IMG/VR virus record: IMGVR_UViG_3300025282_000024
Length of the DNA: 64,000 bases
DNA from: a virus
Reading direction: 5' to 3' (one strand)
This document shows positions 51,250 to 59,640 of the stretch, piece by piece (the first letter of the stretch is position 1; every line of letters begins with the position of its first letter). The translations under genes and the position numbers were made by a program. The notes under the pieces were generated by a model that searched no databases, was not told where the DNA came from, and saw only the letters and a list, made by a program, of their open reading frames with translations.

Positions 51250-52560
51250 TTAAAGGATTTTTGCTGCGAGGGTTGCAACCTTTGATCGTTCACCTTTAAC
51301 TAGCGTTACATGACCTGAGATATCATGTGCTTTAAACTTTTCCACGGCATATGCCAAGCCATTAGATGTTTCATCTACATATACGTTATCAATTTGGTCG
51401 ATATCTCCAGTTAAAACAACTTTTGTGTTTTCTCCAACTCTTGTAATAATAGTCTTTAATTCATGAGCTGTCAAATTTTGCGCTTCGTCGATAATGATAT
51501 ATGCATTAGATATCGAACGACCCCTTATATATGTTAAAGCTTCAATTTCAATTGTTCCTTGCGCCATGTACATAGCTAATGTTTCTTTATCGTTGGCCAT
51601 CAAATGTCGTAAATTGTCTTGGATGGGTGCTAACCATGGCGTCATTTTCTCTTCCATAGTTCCAGGCAAATAACCTATATCTTTTCCCAACGGCTGAATT
51701 GGCCTAGACACAATTAATCTTTTATAAATTGTCCTTTTGTCACCCTCAACCACTTGAGCCAAGCCGGAAGCTATAGCTAAAAGTGTTTTACCACTGCCAG
51801 CTTTACCAACTAATGTGACAACTTTCACATTTGGATCCATTAACAGGTCTAGACAGAAATTTTGTTCTTTATTTCTTGGTTTAACACCCCAGATTCCTTT
51901 TTTAAATTCTCCATTGATTCTTTTAAGTGGTTTTGAATAATCATAAAACCGAGCTAAAGCTGTTTTTTTATCATTTGCGCTAGAGACCAGTAAAATAAAA
52001 TGATTTTGAAAAAGCTTAATATCTTCTTTGTCTAAATAAATTTTTTCACCCGCATAAAATTGATCAATTGTTTGATCATCCACTAAGTGTGTTTTGTATC
52101 CGCTATATAAATTTTCTGTATTTTTTACAACCTGTCCCATAACATAATCTTCAGTTGGAAGACCGAGCGCATCACACTTAACTCTCATATTTATATCTCT
52201 AGAAACAACAATAACTTTTCTTCTTGGATTTTTATTTTTTTGTTCTAGCGCGACGGTGATAATTTCATTATCTGCGATGGACATATCAAGGGGACTAGTC
52301 TCTGCAGAAACGACAAAAAGAATTCCCTTCCCCTTGGCGATTCGTATCCCGGAATGTAAAGACCCCTTGTCTCTTAACGAATCTAGACTTCGTATAAAAC
52401 TCCTAGCATTTGTTCCCACCCCATCTTGGCGCTTTTTATGTTTGTCCACCTCCTCCAACACCTTAAAAGGAACAACTATATCATTATTCTGAAAAGAGGT
52501 TAGCGCGGTGGCGTCTGTTAAATAAACACTAGTATCTAATATATAAGTTTTTTTTGCCAT
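51250..52560 (-). CDS. phoH: PIN-domain PhoH-family ATPase (PhoH2/YlaK type)
   Basis: N-terminal PIN (YILDTSV..EEVD..D..SRDINMR); Walker A GKAGSGKT, IGYLPG, YIRGRSI, IIDEAQN, GDIDQID. Confidence 0.95.
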   Translation of the reverse strand: MAKKTYILDTSVYLTDATALTSFQNNDIVVPFKVLEEVDKHKKRQDGVGTNARSFIRSLDSLRDKGSLHSGIRIAKGKGILFVVSAETSPLDMSIADNEIITVALEQKNKNPRRKVIVVSRDINMRVKCDALGLPTEDYVMGQVVKNTENLYSGYKTHLVDDQTIDQFYAGEKIYLDKEDIKLFQNHFILLVSSANDKKTALARFYDYSKPLKRINGEFKKGIWGVKPRNKEQNFCLDLLMDPNVKVVTLVGKAGSGKTLLAIASGLAQVVEGDKRTIYKRLIVSRPIQPLGKDIGYLPGTMEEKMTPWLAPIQDNLRHLMANDKETLAMYMAQGTIEIEALTYIRGRSISNAYIIIDEAQNLTAHELKTIITRVGENTKVVLTGDIDQIDNVYVDETSNGLAYAVEKFKAHDISGHVTLVKGERSKVATLAAKIL

Positions 52561-52589
52561 GTAATTCTGGAGATTGTATTATATACACA

Positions 52590-52597
52590 ATAAATAG
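52590..52597 (-). promoter_or_regulatory. Putative late promoter motif CTATTTAT upstream of phoH
   Basis: Recurrent motif in the divergent intergenic region. A variant ATAGTTAT (52649-52656, +) precedes the divergent gene. Confidence 0.45.
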
Positions 52598-52676
52598 TAT
52601 TAATCAAGGTAATATCAAAAAGAACTTCTGTTTTGCACCCCCACCTTAATAGTTATTAAATGGAGGGTATGTAAAA

Positions 52677-53132
52677 ATGAAAAGGTTACTAATACTGGTT
52701 ATTTTATTTTCTTTAATGTTTCCAACTGTTTCGAACGCAGGTCTTATATACTGCGATAAAGAGTGTTTCAAATTAAAAGACTCTCAGATAACAACTATTA
52801 AGGGGCTTTTATATGAAGTGGCGGAAAGTCAAAATAAAAAAACAAAAAAAACTTTCTTACCACATGTGGCCGAAACAATTGTTTGGATGGATAAAAAACA
52901 CAAAGAAGAAAAGGTCTATAAATTAGAAGATTTAAAAAAAGACGATAAGGCAAATTTAATCAACACATCAATAAGTTTTATTCTCGATGTGCTTTATGGA
53001 AGAACAAAATTTAATCCGCGTGTGGTTTTATATCACTGGGGTATCGTTGGTGAAAAGGTTATTGCCGAATATAAAGAAAAGATAGTTGATAAAAAGACTG
53101 TGATAGAATATAAGCTGGAGTTAAAAAAATGA
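52677..53132 (+). CDS. Secreted/periplasmic hypothetical protein
   Basis: SD GGAGG; Sec-like signal MKRLLILVILFSLMFPTVSNA; ATGA overlap with the protease gene. Confidence 0.8.
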   Translation: MKRLLILVILFSLMFPTVSNAGLIYCDKECFKLKDSQITTIKGLLYEVAESQNKKTKKTFLPHVAETIVWMDKKHKEEKVYKLEDLKKDDKANLINTSISFILDVLYGRTKFNPRVVLYHWGIVGEKVIAEYKEKIVDKKTVIEYKLELKK

Positions 53133-53893
53133 ACTTAATAAAAAAATTATTAACCATGATTGGCGCCTTATTTATATTATCAACATGTACGTCTTTCAAC
53201 TCAAACATACCTATAGGTTATAATTATAATACAGAAAGAGTTGTAGAAAATCTTCCAAGAGATTCATTTCTATTTATTCTGGTTGAAGAATATTACGAAC
53301 ACTGTTATACATCCGCGCTTAGTGACAAAAAAGAGTGTATCGTTTTTAAGGATACCGGAGCATTTAGTGGATCTGCCTTTGTAATATATAATACGCCGGG
53401 AGGAAGCTTGGTTATAACGGCTGATCATATATGTCAAACATCTGGCCCCAATATGAAACAGAAAATGACTTTAACAACTTTAAATGGTAAAACATATAGA
53501 GCTAAAATTTTAGAAAGAGATTCTAAAAGGCAAAACGATGTATGTATGATCTACGCAAAAAATTTAAAAAAGCCACCAGTTAAATTAGCTCTTAGTGGGC
53601 CTAAGCCGGGTGCAAAACTTTTTAATATTGCTGCACCTGCAGGTATTTTTAATATTAATATGGTCCCTATATTAGAGGGTCGTTATAATGGATTGTCTTT
53701 TGCTGGAAGTGCAATATATTCAATTCCAGCAGCCGGGGGATCTTCGGGATCAATGGTGCTTAATTATAACTTTGAATTAGTTGGATTAATCCATTCACTG
53801 CATATAAGATTTCCCACGGTAACAGTGGGCCCGTCTTATGAAGTTATAAGTGAGTTTATAAGAAAAGGAATTAAAAAGCACTCTCATATATAG
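53129..53893 (+). CDS. Trypsin-like (S1) serine protease with signal peptide, possibly a lipoprotein
   Basis: SGSAF, ITADHIC (His), NDVCMI (Asp), AGGSSGS (Ser). N-terminal hydrophobic stretch ends in LSTC, a near-lipobox. Confidence 0.88.
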   Translation: MNLIKKLLTMIGALFILSTCTSFNSNIPIGYNYNTERVVENLPRDSFLFILVEEYYEHCYTSALSDKKECIVFKDTGAFSGSAFVIYNTPGGSLVITADHICQTSGPNMKQKMTLTTLNGKTYRAKILERDSKRQNDVCMIYAKNLKKPPVKLALSGPKPGAKLFNIAAPAGIFNINMVPILEGRYNGLSFAGSAIYSIPAAGGSSGSMVLNYNFELVGLIHSLHIRFPTVTVGPSYEVISEFIRKGIKKHSHI

Positions 53894-53900
53894 TTTATTG

Positions 53901-54173
53901 TTAAACTGATGAGTCTTCGCGAAGTTTTTTATTTTTGCTTTTGCGCTTTCGATTATTGTTTTGCCCCTTTTTTAAAGCTATACTAGCTTTTTTCTCTGCA
54001 AATTCTTTTTTGAGTGGGGGATCCCAAATTTTAACTTTATATCCACTTGCTAGGCGTCTGACCTTGACTAAAGCATGTTTTTCAGATAGAGCATTTCTTT
54101 CTTTATCTGCTTCCGCAAACGTTTTAAACAGCGCTACTGTTTTCCACACTTTGTTATTCTCTTGTTTTGACAT
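53901..54173 (-). CDS. Small basic hypothetical protein
   Basis: 90 aa, SD AAAAGGA, immediately downstream of the tmRNA. Confidence 0.7.
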   Translation of the reverse strand: MSKQENNKVWKTVALFKTFAEADKERNALSEKHALVKVRRLASGYKVKIWDPPLKKEFAEKKASIALKKGQNNNRKRKSKNKKLREDSSV

Positions 54174-54194
54174 TGATCATCCTTTTATTTAATA

Positions 54195-54632
54195 TGGTGG
54201 AGGCGTGGGGAGTCGAACCCCAGTCCGAAAAGAATTAATATTACCGTCATTCACAAGAATAGATGCTTAACCACCCAAACATCAGCCACCTGTTACCAGG
54301 GCTTTCCATTTACCATCTTAAGGCGATGGCTACCAAAAAGTACATAGTAAACTACAATACTTAAGTCCCCTTATTATAAAAATAAAGATATTCGTCCCCG
54401 CAATAAATTACATGAACTAGGTTATTTGAACCCTTAAAAACTAGCAGATGATATCGTATATGCCACCGAATTAACTTTTTTTATAAAGCGTTAATAACTC
54501 CAGACTATGCAGCTAAGGCGTAGTCAAACTCCATATCATTGTTGGCGTTTAAATTTTGAGTATTTTTATTGTGCTACTCACACAATCTTGCACGCTAATA
54601 TCTCAACCCTCCGTCAAGACCAGTTCGCCCCC
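54195..54632 (-). ncRNA. ssrA: tmRNA (one-piece), tag peptide ANNDMEFDYALAA
   Basis: 5' GGGGGCG pairs with 3' CGCCTCC-ACCA including the G3-U wobble. T-arm TGGGG-TTCGACT-CCCCA. Helix 2 pairing (GATATTA/TAATATT, GCAAG/CTTGT). H-type pk1 ATTGTG/CACAAT + TGAGTA/TACTCA (54557-54586). Resume context TAAAC-GCC; tag ORF 54546-54505 ends YALAA-stop. Confidence 0.97.
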
Positions 54633-54675
54633 ATATCAAAGATCCACAACATTATTATATAATATTGATTAATAA

Positions 54676-55038
54676 TTATTCATCATTTTCTTCAAAAAAA
54701 CTTTCTGTATTATATTTTTTTAATAGATGTCTGAAATCGTTTGGTAATAGCCCCAAAAACCTAGCACCCTCTCTTTTAGACCTAGTAGTAGAGAGGGCCA
54801 CTTTGAGCACAGCGTCCTGTACAACCTCTCTAATAGAATACCATATTGGTATACCAAAACATTTTCCACCAAACGGTTTTGTTGCTAACTCCAACTTAAG
54901 AGCAATAACATCCTCTAGAGAAAGAGCGTTCAACATTAATTCGAACTCTTCTGAAGAAAGATCACTTTTTCTTAACTTCCTAGAGACACTGTAGTGAGCG
55001 TTTTTCCCTGAAAGTCTCTTTTTCTTTTTCCAAGACAT
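54676..55038 (-). CDS. Fis-like HTH DNA-binding protein
   Basis: C-terminal VQDAVLKVALSTTRSKREGARFLGLLPNDFRHLLKKY fits the Fis-type HTH pattern (AL....N...AA..LG......KL.KY). First ATG (MSWKKK) at 55038. Confidence 0.7.
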   Translation of the reverse strand: MSWKKKKRLSGKNAHYSVSRKLRKSDLSSEEFELMLNALSLEDVIALKLELATKPFGGKCFGIPIWYSIREVVQDAVLKVALSTTRSKREGARFLGLLPNDFRHLLKKYNTESFFEENDE

Positions 55039-55115
55039 CTTAAATTTAATTCTCAAATATGTTACAATATTTTATGTAATTATTTAATTACTAATTAAGA
55101 TTAAAATAAATTAAT

Positions 55116-55904
55116 TTATATACTGTATGTTATTTCACTTATAAGTGCAGCGTCTTTCCCTGTTTCTGTTTCAGAAGGAGGGTAATCTGGGCTAGGTGGT
55201 TCTTCTTTTATGCTATCAGTCATCTCACCTTCAAATTTATCAAAATATAATTTAAGATTTGTAAGCCCCCACTCTTTAAAAGTTGCAGCGTCTTCCGGAG
55301 CAATAAGGCCTTCGTAGGCTGTTACGATTTGCTGTTGTACTTGATTCAATGCTGCCTCAGAAGCGTCAGCTCCTTGTTGTACGTAAGGGTCATCAGAGTC
55401 TAATTTAACAAATGTGTTTTCTTCCTCTTCAGCATCTTTTTTGGCTGCCTCAACATCTTGAGGTCTGGATGGTAGAAATTTTTCTGCATCCGCTGGAGCA
55501 TTAATAACATCATCTTGCTCCACTTCCACTTCGAAGTCAACCTCATTCAACTGTGGTGTCGGAGCGTTTCTGTTAGCGTCAATCGGATTCAATAGATTTA
55601 AGAAATTAGTTAAAAAGTGGTATCTAAAAGACTCCCTTTCTTTTTTATTAGAAGACAAGTTTGTATAAGGATCTTCAATTTGTACAATGATCCTTTTAAG
55701 GAGCGCGTCTAGTACATTAATGCCGGTATTTTTATGAATAACCTTATCAGCAACTGCAGTTTTTTTAGAAACTTCAGGTATAAGATGACGAATAACTTTC
55801 CTTAACCTTTTTTCTTCTAGACGCACTTGTTTCTTTTTTCTTTTCTGTACAATACGAATACCTTCGCGAATTAATAATCTGAGTTGCTGTTCTTGCTGAT
55901 TCAT
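55116..55904 (-). CDS. Putative internal head protein
   Basis: 262 aa; LRLLIREGI and LRKVIRHLIPE helices, QLNE, acidic C-terminal half. Role inferred. Confidence 0.5.
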   Translation of the reverse strand: MNQQEQQLRLLIREGIRIVQKRKKKQVRLEEKRLRKVIRHLIPEVSKKTAVADKVIHKNTGINVLDALLKRIIVQIEDPYTNLSSNKKERESFRYHFLTNFLNLLNPIDANRNAPTPQLNEVDFEVEVEQDDVINAPADAEKFLPSRPQDVEAAKKDAEEEENTFVKLDSDDPYVQQGADASEAALNQVQQQIVTAYEGLIAPEDAATFKEWGLTNLKLYFDKFEGEMTDSIKEEPPSPDYPPSETETGKDAALISEITYSI

Positions 55905-58615
55905 TCTGTTGTGACTCCCATTGATTTATATAAATAGTCTTCAATCTCTCTAATTAACCCCTCTTCTTTATCATCTCGTTTTCCGGCATAGCCTTCTACT
56001 GCACCGCCGCCCATGGCTGATATTTCTTCTAATTGACCACCAAGAGACAGATCCTGTTGGATTAATGAGCTGATTACTTTTTCCGGAATTCCGCTCATAT
56101 TATATAAAAAAGAAAATATTTGGGGAAGCACTTTTGTATAATCATAAGTTATTTCACTTCCAGGTAAAATATCTTTTAAAGTTTTTGTATATAATTTATT
56201 GTCAACTTTTTCTATAGTCGAGTTTGGATCTTGGGAGTGATTAATTCTTGCAGAGAGATCAGTCTGAGCCGTCCATATATTACCGCCGTCTAATGAAGAG
56301 GCTACCTGATCCTTTGTTAATTTTGGATTTTTGGGATATCTCGCTAATATATTTTCAGCTCCGCAGGTACCAAATTGCATTAATTGTATTTCTTTGGGGT
56401 CATGATAATCATCATATAAATTATCATTATTTAATTCTTTAAACGCTAACCCCAATAATTCATCTTTTTTGTGTTCATTTGTGCTGAAAGCGCCAACCCC
56501 ATGTATATCAGATGGTTTAAAAACTATGTTGCTATTTTCACCGCCGGTTTCTTCTAAAGGAATTGCCGGCGCCCAAGATCCATACATTTCTGTTGTGTCA
56601 GCTTCATTAAGTGTTTCTTCAATTAGCCCAAGAAAGATACCCAGAGGAATCTGGGAAACCTCCTCTAAACTCTCTTGTGCAGAATTTAATTTTGATTTAA
56701 TCAAATCATAAACAAAAGGATCATAAAATCCCATTATTTCTTCAAATTGTTCTGGTTCAGCAATCTTTAAAGCTTTCCGAATAGTGGTGCCAGACATTTC
56801 TCCCAGGCCGGGAATTTCAATTTCTATGTGAGGTGCGACAGCTATATAAGCATGATCTTTAACTCCATGGAAGTCTTCTTCGATCTCAAAATCCTTAAAA
56901 TATCTAGGCGTACCTTTTTTAGTAAGTCCACCTAAAGTTTCTCTTGGAAATCTGGGTTTGTCTCCATCACACACATTGGGATCTGCATCCATATCTTTAC
57001 AGCCAACAAAATAGACCACAACTGTACCAGGATCTAAATTGCGCGTAATTTCAATTGCATTATACGGATTTTTAGTTTGTACCAGTTTTGAAGGGTCAAC
57101 ATCATGCCCTGCTACAATTTCCTGCTTTTCTTGGAAATTAAATGGAGACTTAGGTACACCGCCTTTATCTGACATATCTACTTTATCAGAGGTTGCTAAA
57201 TATACTTCATCAAATCGAGGATCATTTAGTAGAGATTTGTAGACTTCTGCGTGATGTCTGCCCATGGGTTGAAACCTACCCGGGTAAATTGCGACCATCT
57301 TTTTTCCATCATCATCATAGAGGGACATGTATTCTTCATGCTCTTCTGATGTCATTGGATCTGCTGGGCTGCGCCGCGCACTTCTTTCTTCTTCTTCATA
57401 GCGCGCTGTTCTTGCATCTTCGTATTCGTCATTTTTGCCCCATGGGCCCTCTATAACATCCCCTTCGGCAATAACTCCTTGTTCTTTCGCTGCTTTAATT
57501 TTATCTTTAATTGCGCCTCCAGCGCCTGTTACAATGAAATCTCCTGTCACTTTCAGAGGTCGATCGGTCAAGCCTCGAACAACAATCCCTTCATGACCTT
57601 CTAAGCCCCCCTTAGTGCTATCTGAGGCGCGTTTGACGTCCATTCCTAGGGCGTGGGTACCCTGGTTGAAGAGAGCGCCGTTAATGGCCGTTTTTACGTC
57701 CTCTGGAGTCTCTAAAAATTCCATGAGAGGAGTTCCGTTTAAAACAGCAAAATAAATCTCTTTGCTTATTGCCCACGCTTCTTTTCCGTCACGTTTTTTG
57801 ACTTTTGCATCAAATGGATTAATTGCCTGAGACAACCACTCACCTAAAGAGTGAGTTTCACTTTCATTTTCTGTCATTTGTACGGTAAACGGTTGATTTA
57901 AAGTCTTGGCAAAGTCAACATCTGTAATTAATTCTGTTGCAACGTCCCCAACCAAACTAACCTCATGTTGTTCTGCAATTGGCTGTACTTTTTCAATAAT
58001 GGATTGAAGAACACCAGGGTCATAACTAATTTCAGTACTTCCGGCCTTTATAGGCTTTCCAGTTTCTGGATCAGTTGGTCTCTCTAATCCTGGTCTGTCC
58101 ATTCCTGTGCCTTTTTTAATTCGCCATGGTTGAGCCTTCTTTTCATAAAATTGGTTAACCCCATGAAGAGCTAATATTTTTTCGCCATATTCAATGACGT
58201 TGGTTTTCCCCTTTTTCATATATTCCGTATTAAAATACTTGGTAGGGTCATCCCACATTCCCAAAGCTTTCAATTCTGGTTTTATTTGAGGGAGCACCTC
58301 ATTAAATATTTTTAAAAGTTCATCAATTGCCGGCGGCATGCCATGTCCTTCTGGCCATTTTTTGTAAGCATCTGCAGAAGTTAAGCCCATAACAGAAGAA
58401 GGTTCGGAACTACCGCGATCCATTCTAAAATCTTTTCCAGTCGGAGTTGAAGGATCATCGACAAGTTTGAAACTTACATTAATGCCATCAAACTTAACGC
58501 TCCCGGGATTAGTAGAAAGATGATCTACGATAGTTTGAAAATACTTTACTAAATCTTGGCCCGTTTTAACACTTGGTATGTCAAAAGGGTGTTGCATATG
58601 TCCCGCAGTGCCCAT
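55901..58615 (-). CDS. Multidomain protein: ligase-fold nucleotidyltransferase-like + HUP/cytidylyltransferase-like + SET domain
   Basis: 904 aa. VKFDG..E..HEGIVV..LKV (ligase motifs); AIYPGRFQPMGRHH..MSGTTIR (HIGH/KMSKS-like); SDIHGVGAF..RINHSQDPN..DILPGSEITYDY (SET). Confidence 0.78.
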   Translation of the reverse strand: MGTAGHMQHPFDIPSVKTGQDLVKYFQTIVDHLSTNPGSVKFDGINVSFKLVDDPSTPTGKDFRMDRGSSEPSSVMGLTSADAYKKWPEGHGMPPAIDELLKIFNEVLPQIKPELKALGMWDDPTKYFNTEYMKKGKTNVIEYGEKILALHGVNQFYEKKAQPWRIKKGTGMDRPGLERPTDPETGKPIKAGSTEISYDPGVLQSIIEKVQPIAEQHEVSLVGDVATELITDVDFAKTLNQPFTVQMTENESETHSLGEWLSQAINPFDAKVKKRDGKEAWAISKEIYFAVLNGTPLMEFLETPEDVKTAINGALFNQGTHALGMDVKRASDSTKGGLEGHEGIVVRGLTDRPLKVTGDFIVTGAGGAIKDKIKAAKEQGVIAEGDVIEGPWGKNDEYEDARTARYEEEERSARRSPADPMTSEEHEEYMSLYDDDGKKMVAIYPGRFQPMGRHHAEVYKSLLNDPRFDEVYLATSDKVDMSDKGGVPKSPFNFQEKQEIVAGHDVDPSKLVQTKNPYNAIEITRNLDPGTVVVYFVGCKDMDADPNVCDGDKPRFPRETLGGLTKKGTPRYFKDFEIEEDFHGVKDHAYIAVAPHIEIEIPGLGEMSGTTIRKALKIAEPEQFEEIMGFYDPFVYDLIKSKLNSAQESLEEVSQIPLGIFLGLIEETLNEADTTEMYGSWAPAIPLEETGGENSNIVFKPSDIHGVGAFSTNEHKKDELLGLAFKELNNDNLYDDYHDPKEIQLMQFGTCGAENILARYPKNPKLTKDQVASSLDGGNIWTAQTDLSARINHSQDPNSTIEKVDNKLYTKTLKDILPGSEITYDYTKVLPQIFSFLYNMSGIPEKVISSLIQQDLSLGGQLEEISAMGGGAVEGYAGKRDDKEEGLIREIEDYLYKSMGVTTE

Positions 58616-58627
58616 TAATAATTTCCC

Positions 58628-59638
58628 TTATTCGTCCGCAGCCGCAAAAATATCCAAAAGTTCATTTTCTGCGCCGCTTCTTTCAGAAGCCGGCTTCGCT
58701 TTTAATGTTTGATACGTTTGCCACAATTTATCTTCAGCATCAGTAACTGCGGCTGCTCCGCCTGCAAGTATCGCATGGCCGCCCATTGAAGGGGAGGCGC
58801 CAGCTTTTGGAGTCCCCACAATTGCTGCAGCTGCAGCGACTTCATCGCCTTCTTCTTCACCCTCATCACCTTCGTCAAACACGCTGGGATATGCTTTTCT
58901 CAATTCTTCAGGCGACCCCTTGGCCAAGCCCACCGCGTATTTCATTAATTTATGTTCTTCTGGAAAGTCTTCTTCATCATCCAACCACCAAATTAAATCT
59001 TTATCTTGATCACCATCATCTTCCGCTTTGGTAACCTTATCAAATTCTTTATATATTTCATCCCACATTCCCATCATTGTTAAATGTTCTTGTGTACCGG
59101 GTTTAATATTTGGATCAATAATAAGAACATTTTTCACTGCATCTACACCAGAGCCGGGACCATCCATTGCATTAAAAAGCAGTTGTGCAAGGTCACGGGC
59201 CGTTTGCTCTCCCTTTTCCGTTCTTTTCGTAATTTCTGATTTGTTTTCTGTCTCTATACCCTCTCCAAAATCTTTGCCGGATACTAGGTTCCCTATTCCT
59301 TTTGAAAGCCATCCGGATTTATATCGGTCTGGGCTCTGACTAAACGCGTTTTTGCCCGTCGCGGCGCTGTATACCAAATTAATTGGATCAACCTTTTTAA
59401 AAAATTTATCATACCAATTATCTGTAACTCCAAGAGCGTCTGAAGTCCACGCTGCAGCGCCAACCGTGGCGCCAAGTTTAAGAGCCCCAACAATAAATGG
59501 GATAGCCGGCGGAAATTCTAAAAGAAGTTCTTTGTCTTCCTTAAAAATTTCTTCTAATAATTCTTTATCTTCATTTAAAATTGCTTCTTTGATAAGATTT
59601 TTTAATTCTTTTTTGGTTAAACTTTGTAAATCATTCAT
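58628..59638 (-). CDS. Putative internal virion protein with a hydrophobic segment and an annexin-like repeat
   Basis: 336 aa. N-terminal LKNLIKEAILNE..LLE; hydrophobic AIPFIVGALKLGATVGAAAW; AQLLFNAMDGPGSGVDAVKNVL..IYKEF..DLIWWLDDE resembles an annexin repeat. Confidence 0.55.
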   Translation of the reverse strand: MNDLQSLTKKELKNLIKEAILNEDKELLEEIFKEDKELLLEFPPAIPFIVGALKLGATVGAAAWTSDALGVTDNWYDKFFKKVDPINLVYSAATGKNAFSQSPDRYKSGWLSKGIGNLVSGKDFGEGIETENKSEITKRTEKGEQTARDLAQLLFNAMDGPGSGVDAVKNVLIIDPNIKPGTQEHLTMMGMWDEIYKEFDKVTKAEDDGDQDKDLIWWLDDEEDFPEEHKLMKYAVGLAKGSPEELRKAYPSVFDEGDEGEEEGDEVAAAAAIVGTPKAGASPSMGGHAILAGGAAAVTDAEDKLWQTYQTLKAKPASERSGAENELLDIFAAADE

Positions 59639-59640
59639 TA

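Noticed and set aside
54195-54230. tRNA-Ala or a prophage attachment-site remnant
   Set aside because: This is the 3' tRNA-like end of a complete tmRNA. No anticodon arm, duplicate copy or integrase was seen.
54654-54679. A defined promoter for the tmRNA
   Set aside because: Both a TATAAT (54659-54654) and a late-like ATAATTAT (54679-54672) are present, but the region is too AT-rich to call either one.
39118-59638. Eukaryotic giant-virus origin (SET, annexin-like, GT10, gmd)
   Set aside because: Shine-Dalgarno sites, coupled genes, tmRNA, a sigma factor, baseplate genes and a murein peptidase indicate a bacteriophage.
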